Shown here: one piece after another, positions 19,931 to 28,703 of the stretch
How the letters are laid out: every line of letters begins with the position of its first letter
Position numbering within the stretch: the stretch's first letter is position 1
The notes under the pieces: generated by a model
Databases searched by the model: none
What the model was told of the DNA's origin: nothing
The model's input: only the letters and a program-made list of their open reading frames with translations
Assembly (NCBI GenBank): GCA_041288095.1
Contig: JBGGMJ010000212.1
Coordinates: 10,415 to 74,414 of the forward strand
Length of the DNA: 64,000 nucleotides
Direction: 5' to 3'
Source: Myxococcota bacterium
GTDB taxonomy: Bacteria > Myxococcota > XYA12-FULL-58-9 > JALHOP01
Program-made: the position numbers and the translations under genes

Positions 19931-20464
19931 TCAGCGCGATTTCTTGCCGCCGCTCGGCTTGGCGAGGCCGGCGAGACCGGCCTGCAGAGCGTCGGGGGCG
20001 CCGGTCAGGCTCTTCTGATCCATGTCCTTGATCTTCGGAAGCGGCCGTCCGGTTTTGCGGACGACTTCCTCGCGCCGCGTCTCGCTGACACGCGCATAGT
20101 GCGATTGGACGACCACCGCCGAGCTGCGCGAGTCCTCGGCGGCCATGCGCACGAGCTCGAGGCCCTTCTTGGTCGCCTCGTCCATGGCTTCGGCGTCGCC
20201 TTGGTTCGGCACCAGCTTCTCGAGCACCGTGGCGAGCGTCCCCCACTGACCGCTGCGGATGACGCGCGCGAGCTGCGACGGCACCTGTTTGAGCACGGCC
20301 AAGTCGTTGACCCGGCCCTTGACGCCGGTGACGCCCTGCCAAGCACGGATGGCTCTTCGGCCGAGCTCGCGCGGCAGGCCCTCGCCGTCGATGATCTCTT
20401 GCAGCGCCTCGAGGTCTTCCTCGCTCAGAGGCGGCGGCGCTTTTGGATTGGCGGGTGTCTTCAC
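19931..20464 (-). CDS. hypothetical protein
   Basis: Coding-like GC3 bias; helical, charged sequence. Confidence 0.6.
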   Translation of the reverse strand: MKTPANPKAPPPLSEEDLEALQEIIDGEGLPRELGRRAIRAWQGVTGVKGRVNDLAVLKQVPSQLARVIRSGQWGTLATVLEKLVPNQGDAEAMDEATKKGLELVRMAAEDSRSSAVVVQSHYARVSETRREEVVRKTGRPLPKIKDMDQKSLTGAPDALQAGLAGLAKPSGGKKSR

Positions 20465-20482
20465 CAGGGCAACGACCCTAGC

Positions 20483-23400
20483 TCAATCCAGGCGGTAGTG
20501 GAACGTCACTCCCACCGCGTCGGTCGTCAGGCTCGCTCCCGCGGTGCTTTGCCCATTGGTGGCCCTAGGGGTGATGGCCGCGGTGATGCGTCGCTCGGCG
20601 CCAACCTGGAGGCGATCGAGCCGCCCGTTGACCCCGAAGGTCGCCGCCGACACCGTCGCTCGCCAGTGGCCCGGCGCGACCATCGTCGCCTGGACGTCGG
20701 TCCACCTGTCGACGTTCCACACCCAGGTGGTCACGTCGGTCACGGCCACTCCGTGGTCGTCGCTCGTGGCGGTGCCGTACCAATCGAGGTCGAAGTCGGC
20801 CAGCGAAAAGCCCGCGGTCTCGATGCTCTCGCCGATCGGCATGGAGAGGATGTGCGCCGGCCGATCGGCGGCACCCGAGTAAGTGACGGTGTAGGAGCCG
20901 TCACCGGGGAGGATGACGGTCTGCGCCAAGCCATCGTCGTAACCCGCGACCAGGCCAGCGAGCGGTTGCACCGCCGGCATGGGCTCGCTAGGCAGCGACA
21001 ACGGCGGCTGCGCCTGCCAGCCCGCGGCCCCATGATATTGGAACGTGGTGCGCGGCGTGAGGCTCCCCATCGAGCCAGGCGTGCCACCACCGACCCAGCT
21101 GAAGGCGTTGCGGTGGCTGTCGAAGATGGCCGCCGAATAGACGATGAAGCTGGTGCCCGGCAAGGCGTCGCTCAGCGTGAAACCACCACCGCTAAAGCGG
21201 TGCAGGAACGCCGGCGACAGTGGCGTCGTGCTACCGACGATGCTGTAGAGCTCACCTGGCGCGCCGCCGTAGACCATGACGCTGCCGATGTGCGAGCCGC
21301 AGCTCGCGCAGACCGAGGTCCACGAGGTGCCGTTGAAACGCCACACGCCGAGGATGTCGGCGTTCGAGCCGTCACGACCTCCCGCGAAGGTAGCGTTCAC
21401 GCCGTCGGAAGCGATGCTGTAAGACGAGGCGGGAAGAGGTAGACCGCACGACGCCGCGCCAACACATCGAAACTGCCAGCCGGCCGGCTCGAGAGTGCGC
21501 GTGCTGCTGCCGTCGAAGAACACCAGGCGAGCGCCCGCGGCGTAGCTCGAACGCACCAGGGCACCGACAGCGCCGACCGTCGGGTAATCGGGCTCCGTCC
21601 ACTCGACTCCGTTCCAGCGGACATCGCCATCGGCGCTCTCACCGAAGAGACTCGCGTGGACGGGATCGTAACCGAGCGCCACCAGGTCGCGCTGGCCGAC
21701 ACCGCGCCGCCGCCTCCAGGTTTGGCCGTCCCAATCCCATTGCGAGTCCGTCTCGGAAGGTGGTGTTCCTGGACCGCAGATGGGCTGGTGACCACCGAAC
21801 ATCGTGACCTGACGGCGGCGCGGGTCATACGCCATCCCGCGCAACATCGCGCCGGGCAGGCCCGACGGGTCGCTGCGCAACGTCCAGGCACTACCGTCCC
21901 AGGTCCAGGTGTCGAAGCGGAACGACGAGCTGCAGACGACCGCGGTGCCGCCATAGAGGACGACCTCGTCATGCGCTCCGTCGTAGGTCATCGAGGCCCC
22001 CGCGCGTGGCGGCGGCGTCGAGGCGCAGCCGACACAGCGACGGAGCCAACGCGTACCGTCCCACGACCAGGTCTGCGACTCCGTCGTGCTGGCCGTGAGC
22101 AGGAGCACTTCGTTCAGGTGTGGATCGAAAGTCGCCGTGGGCAAAATGCCGGGGTCCGGTCCGTTGCCGGCCACCGGATCGTTGCACGCCGCGTCGGTGC
22201 ACTTCGCGGTCCAGGCATTGCCGTCCCACTCCCACACGTAGAGCGCCTTGTCGGGCTCACTCGGCTCCACGACCTGACCACCAACGAGGACGACGACGCG
22301 GCGGTTGGGGTCGCTCGCCAAGGCGAAGCGCTGCCGCCGGCGCGGACTCGCGTCGACACAGGAGGTCGCGGTGCAAACACGTCGCCACTGCGCGCCGTTC
22401 CACAGCCAGGTCCTGTTGTATTGGCCGGCCCCACCGAGGCCGCCGCCGTAGTACAGGATCGCATCGCTGGCGAGGTCATACGCGAGCCTTACACCGTTCA
22501 TGTCGAGCGCCGGAGCCGGCGACGGATTGATGGTGCGCAAGCCGACGTTATCGAGCAGCGCCATCTCCCCGGTCAGCGCCACGAGCTGTCCGAGGCGGGG
22601 GTGCGTCGCCGCCGGTGGTTCGAGCGCGCTGACGGCCGGGGCCGCCGGGATGTCGCTGGTCAACCAGGTGAAGCCGCCGGTGGTCGCAACGACCGCCGCG
22701 TCGATGGTCGCGACATCGGCCCCATCGGCAGGCGAGTCGACGATATCGCCCAGCAGCGGGGGAAACGTGTCGGTGAGCGTGAAGGCGTTGGGGTTCCCCT
22801 CTTCGCCCGCGAAGGCGATGTCGAGCACGCCATCGCGGACACGGGAGACCTGCAAGCCCGCGGTCGAGACGTCGAGATCCGAGGCGTTCCCGGCATCATC
22901 GACCGCGGCGATATAAACACGTTGGCGGTCGAGGCTGCCGAGGTCGAGCGCAAACGCTCCTGTCGCATCGGCGGTGCCGACCGCCAAAGCGTACGACGAG
23001 AAGCGGCAGGTCGCGCTCGCGCAAGCGGGCAAGCTGGCCTGAGGATAGGCAACGACGCGCGCGCCGGCTTCGACACCGGAGGCGACACCGACCACCGCGG
23101 TCGAGGGCAGCGCCGGCGTCGTCGACACCCTGGCCCACGGAGCGCGCCTAAGGCTGATGACGCCGGGCTGGTCGACCGCCGGAGGCGCCGGCGGCACGCT
23201 GTCGATCACGAAGCCGCGCGGGGTCGCATCACCGGCGAGAGCGAGGGTCACGTCCGAGACGTTACCGGCCGCGTCGGTGAGCGTGGCGATGACGTCGTAG
23301 GTGCCGTCGACGAGATCGCCGGCGACCCAGACGCGATCGAACGCGAAGACGGTCGCTGACAGTTGCTCCATTGGCAAAGTCAGCGCGCTGCCAAATGCCA

Positions 23401-24019
23401 AGGTGGGCGCTTGCGGCAAGCGCTCGTCGACCGCGAAGCTCACCTGGACGCGCGTGCCGCCGCTGATGGCGCTCACCTCCGCGAGGGGATTGGTGGCGCG
23501 GTCGGGCGTGAGCTCGAGCAGCGTGCTGCCGTCGATGATCGTCGCCGGTGTGAAATCGATGACGATGCTGGGCAGGATGACGGTGTTGGTGTTGCCGACG
23601 AGGTCGAGGATCTCGGCCGTGGTCGTCTGCGCGCCCTCGGTTTCGTCGCCAGCGGTGGTGTACGCGAAAACGTACAAAGGGGTATCAGCAGCGGTCGCCG
23701 CGACCCGCGTGAAGGCGCGCACCGCGCCGTTGCTCGTGAACCTGACCACCGGGTCGATGAGCAATGGCTCGCTCACCGTCATCGTCAGGGTGATCGTGCG
23801 CCCCGCCCCCACGGCATCGGCATCGTATGCGGCGTCGACGACCACGGGCGCGGTGGAGTCGTCGCTCGACGACGGCACGCAGAGCCTTGCGTTGTTGCAG
23901 TGGAAGCCGTCCGGACAGGCGCCGTTCTCGCAGGTCACGAGGACGTTCTCGGGCAACGCCAGGTCGACCGAGCAAGCGCAGAGCAATACGGCAGCGACGA
24001 GGACGACGCGGCGGGCCAT
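20483..24019 (-). CDS. giant lipoprotein: Cys-rich N-terminal module, Ig-like domains, kelch-like (xTWxWDG) repeats
   Basis: LLCAC lipobox; DAAGN Ig motifs; repeated TWLWNG/VWEWDG/TWSWDG/DTWTWDG. Confidence 0.85.
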   Translation of the reverse strand: MARRVVLVAAVLLCACSVDLALPENVLVTCENGACPDGFHCNNARLCVPSSSDDSTAPVVVDAAYDADAVGAGRTITLTMTVSEPLLIDPVVRFTSNGAVRAFTRVAATAADTPLYVFAYTTAGDETEGAQTTTAEILDLVGNTNTVILPSIVIDFTPATIIDGSTLLELTPDRATNPLAEVSAISGGTRVQVSFAVDERLPQAPTLAFGSALTLPMEQLSATVFAFDRVWVAGDLVDGTYDVIATLTDAAGNVSDVTLALAGDATPRGFVIDSVPPAPPAVDQPGVISLRRAPWARVSTTPALPSTAVVGVASGVEAGARVVAYPQASLPACASATCRFSSYALAVGTADATGAFALDLGSLDRQRVYIAAVDDAGNASDLDVSTAGLQVSRVRDGVLDIAFAGEEGNPNAFTLTDTFPPLLGDIVDSPADGADVATIDAAVVATTGGFTWLTSDIPAAPAVSALEPPAATHPRLGQLVALTGEMALLDNVGLRTINPSPAPALDMNGVRLAYDLASDAILYYGGGLGGAGQYNRTWLWNGAQWRRVCTATSCVDASPRRRQRFALASDPNRRVVVLVGGQVVEPSEPDKALYVWEWDGNAWTAKCTDAACNDPVAGNGPDPGILPTATFDPHLNEVLLLTASTTESQTWSWDGTRWLRRCVGCASTPPPRAGASMTYDGAHDEVVLYGGTAVVCSSSFRFDTWTWDGSAWTLRSDPSGLPGAMLRGMAYDPRRRQVTMFGGHQPICGPGTPPSETDSQWDWDGQTWRRRRGVGQRDLVALGYDPVHASLFGESADGDVRWNGVEWTEPDYPTVGAVGALVRSSYAAGARLVFFDGSSTRTLEPAGWQFRCVGAASCGLPLPASSYSIASDGVNATFAGGRDGSNADILGVWRFNGTSWTSVCASCGSHIGSVMVYGGAPGELYSIVGSTTPLSPAFLHRFSGGGFTLSDALPGTSFIVYSAAIFDSHRNAFSWVGGGTPGSMGSLTPRTTFQYHGAAGWQAQPPLSLPSEPMPAVQPLAGLVAGYDDGLAQTVILPGDGSYTVTYSGAADRPAHILSMPIGESIETAGFSLADFDLDWYGTATSDDHGVAVTDVTTWVWNVDRWTDVQATMVAPGHWRATVSAATFGVNGRLDRLQVGAERRITAAITPRATNGQSTAGASLTTDAVGVTFHYRLD

Positions 24020-24055
24020 GGGGTCCCGCGAGTCTACCCGACACCCGCGATGGAA

Positions 24056-24083
24056 GCGACGCGCTCTCACCAGGAGCCGATAA
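24056..24083 (+). promoter_or_regulatory. sigma28-like promoter motif GCGAC-N15-GCCGATAA
   Basis: Perfect -10 element 9 nt before ATG 24093. Confidence 0.7.
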
Positions 24084-24092
24084 GGGCCCGCT

Positions 24093-25502
24093 ATGAAAGT
24101 CTGGCTGGGCCCTACCCCCACCTCATTCCGCGCCCAAAGCCCGGCGAACGCACGTCCCGCCGAGCCATCGATCCGGCGTCAATCCGCGCGCGCGTGGCCT
24201 GATGGGCCGACGAAGCCGGCTCAGGCCTTTGCACGCCGCCGGCCTGACGGGGCGAGCTACCTCGACGCCGCCAAAGTCGCCGAGCTCTTCGGCGAGCTGG
24301 CGCCGCGTCTACCGGCGGAGCTCGCGAAGTCTCTCGAAACACCGCGTATCGATCCACGTTGGTGGGCATGTCCGGCGCCGAAGACCATCGCCACGGTCAT
24401 AGGCACGGACGCATTCAGCAGCGGCAAGTCGCCGTGGCTCCTCGCCTCGCGGGCGGCGTTACCCGAGGGATTGCCGGACGACCTGCGGAGCTACCTCACC
24501 CCCGTGCCCGAGGGGCAGCATTGGCGGTCGGGTTACTTTCCCGTTTTAGCGGACGGGAGGCAAAGCATGGGCGCCTTCGTCGCGCTCCTGCCGCCGAGCT
24601 TCGACGCGGCGAACCCCGCGAAGTCGATCGAGCGTATCGTGCTCACCATCGGCAGCGGCGACAACCGCGCACGCAGCGCCCTCGGTGAGCTTGCCGGCTA
24701 CGCGGCGCCCGGCACCCTCTTCGTCTCGGTCGATATGCAGGCGCTCTCGGTCGGCATGAAGTCCCCCGAGAGCCCAGGTCAGATCGCCTTGCAGCAAGGC
24801 GTCGCCTACGTGCGACGCACCTTGGGTCTTACGGACGCGGTCCCGCAGTACCTCGCCGGCTTCTCGGCGGGCGGCGCCGCCGCCTTGGTCCAAGCCTTCC
24901 AGAGCTTCCCTGGCCTCAAGGGCGCCGCCGCCCTCGCGCCGGTGATCATGCAGTGGAACGTTCACACGCGAAAGTCGCCGGTGCCCGTGACCATCCCCGA
25001 GGAAGCGCCCGGCGATCACTTTGCCCGCACCGCCGCGAACGGCCAGCCGGCAATCGAACGCACCTTCACGGTCGCGAGCAATGTCGTTCGCGCTTACACC
25101 AGCGAAGAAGACTTCGCGGAGCTCAGCCCACAGCGTCATCTCGCGCGTGGCGAGATGCCGAAGGTGCCGCTCCTCATCACCGGCGGCACCGCCGACCTCA
25201 TCGCCCAGCCGGTGGTGTCCTCCGCCGCGGAGCTTGCTTCGTTCAACAAGGGGCTCACGATTCCCGTGGTCTTTGGTCCCTCCGACGACCAGGCCGGCCG
25301 CGTCATCAACATCGAAGGTTTCGCGCGCGCCTTGAGCACACAACCAGGCGTCGCGGTGGTCACGTTGCGCGATGTCGGCCACCAGATCGCGGCGCCCGTG
25401 AAGCGCCCAGACGGCGCCAGCTGGAACATGGATATGCGCGACCTGATGCTGCGCTTCTTCAAAGGCCTCGAGGCCGCGCGAAGCAACACCAGCACCGTAT
25501 AG
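24093..25502 (+). CDS. alpha/beta hydrolase with low-complexity N-terminal tail
   Basis: Nucleophile elbow AGFSAGG; ITGGTADLI (Asp); DVGHQI (His). Confidence 0.8.
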   Translation: MKVWLGPTPTSFRAQSPANARPAEPSIRRQSARAWPDGPTKPAQAFARRRPDGASYLDAAKVAELFGELAPRLPAELAKSLETPRIDPRWWACPAPKTIATVIGTDAFSSGKSPWLLASRAALPEGLPDDLRSYLTPVPEGQHWRSGYFPVLADGRQSMGAFVALLPPSFDAANPAKSIERIVLTIGSGDNRARSALGELAGYAAPGTLFVSVDMQALSVGMKSPESPGQIALQQGVAYVRRTLGLTDAVPQYLAGFSAGGAAALVQAFQSFPGLKGAAALAPVIMQWNVHTRKSPVPVTIPEEAPGDHFARTAANGQPAIERTFTVASNVVRAYTSEEDFAELSPQRHLARGEMPKVPLLITGGTADLIAQPVVSSAAELASFNKGLTIPVVFGPSDDQAGRVINIEGFARALSTQPGVAVVTLRDVGHQIAAPVKRPDGASWNMDMRDLMLRFFKGLEAARSNTSTV

Positions 25503-25509
25503 CCGATAC
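25483..25509 (+). promoter_or_regulatory. sigma28-like promoter motif GCAAC-N14-GCCGATAC
   Basis: 30 nt before ATG 25540. Confidence 0.6.
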
Positions 25510-25539
25510 ACGGGACCCACCCTCTCTGGGCCCCAATCC

Positions 25540-27204
25540 ATGACATCCACCACCGATTCGACTCGCCGCGGCACCGGCGTTCGAGGCACTCCCTCGGGCG
25601 CAGCCCCCGTTCCCACCAAGCAACCCGACCCGAAGAGCATCACTCCGATGCAAGCCGGCAAGGGCTTCAGGGTGGTCTCGGACCCCTCGACCTGGTTGCC
25701 CGTCAAAACGGACATCCTCGACAGCAAGGGCGAGGTCGTCGGCCACCGCCAGATCCGTGACCGCTCGCTGCTCGGCCGAGAAGCCGGCTTCGACCGCATC
25801 ATCGATTTCGCGCCGGGCACGCCGGTGCAGCGCATCTACCTCGACGAGACCCCACGCACCGACGCCATCGAGACGCCGAGCTGGCCGGGCTCCGAGGTCC
25901 GGACACTGGTCGCGCAAGGCCCGTCGAAGAACCGCATCGATCTAACCATCGTCGGCGACGGCTACACCGAAGCCGAGAAGGACAAGTTCTTCCTCGACGC
26001 CAAGCGCATCACCGAGGAGCTCTTCGGCCACGACACCTTCAAGTCGTACTTGCCACTGTTCAACGTCCACGCCGTATTCGTGCCCTCGAAACAGAGCGGC
26101 ATCGGCGACGGACGCTCGAAAGACACCGCGCTCGGCTGCTACCGCCATCCGCAGCATCGCCAGGCGGTCATGCCCGGCAACTCGTCCGCCGCGAAGCGCG
26201 CCACGCAGCTGGCGCCCGACGTCGACTATCCGATCATCGTCGCCAACGATAAGTTCTACGGCGGCCTCGGCGGCACCTTCGCAGTCACGACCTCGGCGCC
26301 GCTCAACATCACGACGGTGTTGCGTCACGAGCTGGGGCACAACTTCGGCCGCGTCGGTGAAGAGTACGACGGCGGCCAGGTTTATGACGGCGCGAACCAC
26401 AGCTCGTCGTCGTCGAACGTGCCGTGGCAGCACTTCGTCAAAGGCCAGACACCGGTGCACAGCGCCAAGCTCCTGCACATCTCGGCCCCCTGGAAGAACC
26501 TCGGCGGCGGCGAGTGGCAGACCAGCGTCACCGTGCCGGACAACGCCAAGAGCACGCTGCTCGACTTCTCGAGCTTGGGCTTCGACAAGAAGGAAGACGT
26601 CGAGCTCCTCGTCGACGGCAAGTCAGTGCCCTACGACGGCAAGTTCAACTACGACCGCAACTTCTACAAGGTGAAGCTCGAGCTCGCGCCCGGCCGCCAC
26701 ACCATCACGTTCAAGGACCGGGCTGGCGACGGCAACAACATCCTGTCGCGCCTCGCGGTGTACGGCTTGCCGGAGACCTTCCCGAGCGACCGCGCCACCG
26801 TCGGCGCCTTCCAGAGCTATCGCGAAGGCGGCGGCAGCGGCGGCTTCCGTCCCACCGAGTCGGATTGCTTGATGCGCGACATGCAGCTCACGCATTTCTG
26901 CCCGGCCTGCCAGGAGAACATGTGGCGTAACTTCCTGAAGGAAGTGAGCCTCATCGACGGCGTCGAACGCAATAACGGAATGGTGACCGCGAAGCTCGTG
27001 CCTTTGGGTGACGAGCGCTTGAAGGTCGAGTGGATCGATCCGACCGGAAAGTCACGGCCGGAGCTCGCGGGCAAACGCGAGTGGCAGCCGGTGGCAGGCG
27101 ACGTCGGCAAGTGGAAGCTGCAGGTGCGGTTCGTGTCCGAGGAAGTGAAAGATCCGAAGCAGGCTGCTTGGACCGTTCACGAGGCGCCGTTCGAGATCGC
27201 GTAG
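25540..27204 (+). CDS. M64 family (IgA peptidase-like) metallopeptidase, no signal peptide
   Basis: NRIDLTIVGDGYT, YGGLGG, HELGHNFGRVGEEY, CLMR...FCPAC. Confidence 0.9.
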   Translation: MTSTTDSTRRGTGVRGTPSGAAPVPTKQPDPKSITPMQAGKGFRVVSDPSTWLPVKTDILDSKGEVVGHRQIRDRSLLGREAGFDRIIDFAPGTPVQRIYLDETPRTDAIETPSWPGSEVRTLVAQGPSKNRIDLTIVGDGYTEAEKDKFFLDAKRITEELFGHDTFKSYLPLFNVHAVFVPSKQSGIGDGRSKDTALGCYRHPQHRQAVMPGNSSAAKRATQLAPDVDYPIIVANDKFYGGLGGTFAVTTSAPLNITTVLRHELGHNFGRVGEEYDGGQVYDGANHSSSSSNVPWQHFVKGQTPVHSAKLLHISAPWKNLGGGEWQTSVTVPDNAKSTLLDFSSLGFDKKEDVELLVDGKSVPYDGKFNYDRNFYKVKLELAPGRHTITFKDRAGDGNNILSRLAVYGLPETFPSDRATVGAFQSYREGGGSGGFRPTESDCLMRDMQLTHFCPACQENMWRNFLKEVSLIDGVERNNGMVTAKLVPLGDERLKVEWIDPTGKSRPELAGKREWQPVAGDVGKWKLQVRFVSEEVKDPKQAAWTVHEAPFEIA

Positions 27205-27205
27205 A

Positions 27206-28066
27206 CTAGACGGCGGGTGGCGGATCGGGATCGAGGTGCCGCGCTCGCGCCTCCTTCGCCTTCTCGACTAGCTTCAAATGGTACTGGTGCTGAATCGCCA
27301 GCGACACGCCCACTAGCGCCGCGTTCGCCAGCGTGCCCGCGACCGGAAACACGATGCGGGCAAAATCCGAAACCGTATGCGCGACAGCGACCAGCTTCAT
27401 CGAAGCTGGCGTCGTCTTGCTCGCCAGCACTTTCTCCATCCACCGCAATGACGATAGCGCGATCAACCCACCCACGACCGGGATCGCGTACGAGCATCCG
27501 AGCACGATGTACTGAGCCACCTGCCCCGTGACGCCGGTGCCCATCATCCCGGCGATCGCCGCCGCGGTCCCGCTGCCGACGAGGAACACCAAGTCCGACG
27601 CGTGAACCTTCGCCTCGACCGTGTACGAAACCGCTTCGTGCGCCTTGCGGTCGACGGCATCCCCGGTAGCCGCAAGCCCAAAGAGCCGCAGATCGATCGG
27701 CAGGCCGCCCCCGGTCACCCGCGTGTTCAACGCCGGCCCCTGGAGCTCGATGCGCAGCCACTTCAGCAGCCACCTGCGCCACAAGACGCTCTCGAGGTTC
27801 GTATTGCCGTCGAAGTCGACGACCTGAATCAGCTCGATGCCCGTGTTGGGGCGGATGGTGTGCAGCTCGGAAAATGTGATCCCGACAGTCACTCCGCCAA
27901 GCCGGGCGCTGCCGTCCAAGAACGGCCTCTCGTGCGTTACCCGGCTCGATGAGAAAGGGCCCGGGGCGTGCTTGTGCGGCTGGACCAAGCCGACGAGCGA
28001 ATCCATGCAAGCCGCGACCTTACGCTGGAACGCAGGGAAGATCGGGTCGCGCTTGGGGATAAGCAC
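27206..28066 (-). CDS. hypothetical protein with Gly/Ala-rich hydrophobic C-terminal helices
   Basis: 286-aa ORF filling the gap; several hydrophobic segments; preceded by a motif variant. Confidence 0.65.
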   Translation of the reverse strand: MLIPKRDPIFPAFQRKVAACMDSLVGLVQPHKHAPGPFSSSRVTHERPFLDGSARLGGVTVGITFSELHTIRPNTGIELIQVVDFDGNTNLESVLWRRWLLKWLRIELQGPALNTRVTGGGLPIDLRLFGLAATGDAVDRKAHEAVSYTVEAKVHASDLVFLVGSGTAAAIAGMMGTGVTGQVAQYIVLGCSYAIPVVGGLIALSSLRWMEKVLASKTTPASMKLVAVAHTVSDFARIVFPVAGTLANAALVGVSLAIQHQYHLKLVEKAKEARARHLDPDPPPAV

Positions 28067-28074
28067 GATGTCGA

Positions 28075-28102
28075 GTATCCGCAGGAAAATATCGGGAGTT
28101 GC
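28075..28102 (-). promoter_or_regulatory. sigma28-like promoter motif GCAAC-N15-GCGGATAC
   Basis: Intergenic, 8 nt before GTG 28066. Confidence 0.5.
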
Positions 28103-28127
28103 GTACGCCGCTACCGAACCCGCGGCA

Positions 28128-28580
28128 CTAGCCCTCCAACCAGGTAAACTCCGCCGTCCGCGCCATCGTCAGCCATTCCCGCTGCAGCTCCTCCGGTGGC
28201 ACGCGGGGCTTACGCGCCGCCAGATCGAGCCACAAGATGACGCTCTCGACGACGGCGCAGACCGTCTTGTCGCTATCGCGCACGATCGTGTTGCGAACGC
28301 GCATCTTGCGCGCATCACGCGTCGACGCCGCGAGCTCGATGCGGACCTCGAAAGGCTCGAGTAGCCGCAGCTCCTTCTTGTAGGTCAGCTTGTCCTCGAC
28401 CACGACCGGCCCGAAGCCTTGCGCGCGGAAGGTGTCGATGGTGAAGCCGCGGTCCGCGAGAAACGACATGCGGCAGTCCTCGGCGGCTCCCAGATACGCG
28501 GCGTTGCGCATGTGCTGGTTGAAGTCCATGTCCGGCCAGCGGGCAAAGAGGCGCAAAGAGAATGGGTTCGCTTCACTCAT
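28128..28580 (-). CDS. acyl-CoA thioesterase (4HBT/YbgC-like hotdog fold)
   Basis: RWPDMDFNQHMRNAAYL; GPVVVEDKLTYKKEL. Confidence 0.9.
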   Translation of the reverse strand: MSEANPFSLRLFARWPDMDFNQHMRNAAYLGAAEDCRMSFLADRGFTIDTFRAQGFGPVVVEDKLTYKKELRLLEPFEVRIELAASTRDARKMRVRNTIVRDSDKTVCAVVESVILWLDLAARKPRVPPEELQREWLTMARTAEFTWLEG

Positions 28581-28654
28581 GCACCCGCATTTAGCAAACC
28601 CGTGGGGGGTCGAGCACGCCGCCGTGTCGGAGCGAGTCACCCGCGCCTTTTGAC

Positions 28655-28681
28655 GAAACTTTGGCGGGCCATAGCCGACGT
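28655..28681 (+). promoter_or_regulatory. sigma28-like promoter motif variant GAAAC-N14-GCCGACGT
   Basis: Intergenic, upstream of RBS AGGAG and ATG 28704. Confidence 0.45.
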
Positions 28682-28703
28682 ACTCCGGCGAGGAGATCGC
28701 CCC

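Noticed and set aside
28419..28703. Longer upstream starts in the ORF track (28419 for M13; likewise 17630, 24121, 29318, 39601, 53256, 56648)
   Set aside because: They overlap neighbouring genes or precede better-supported starts with an RBS, signal peptide or family N-terminus.
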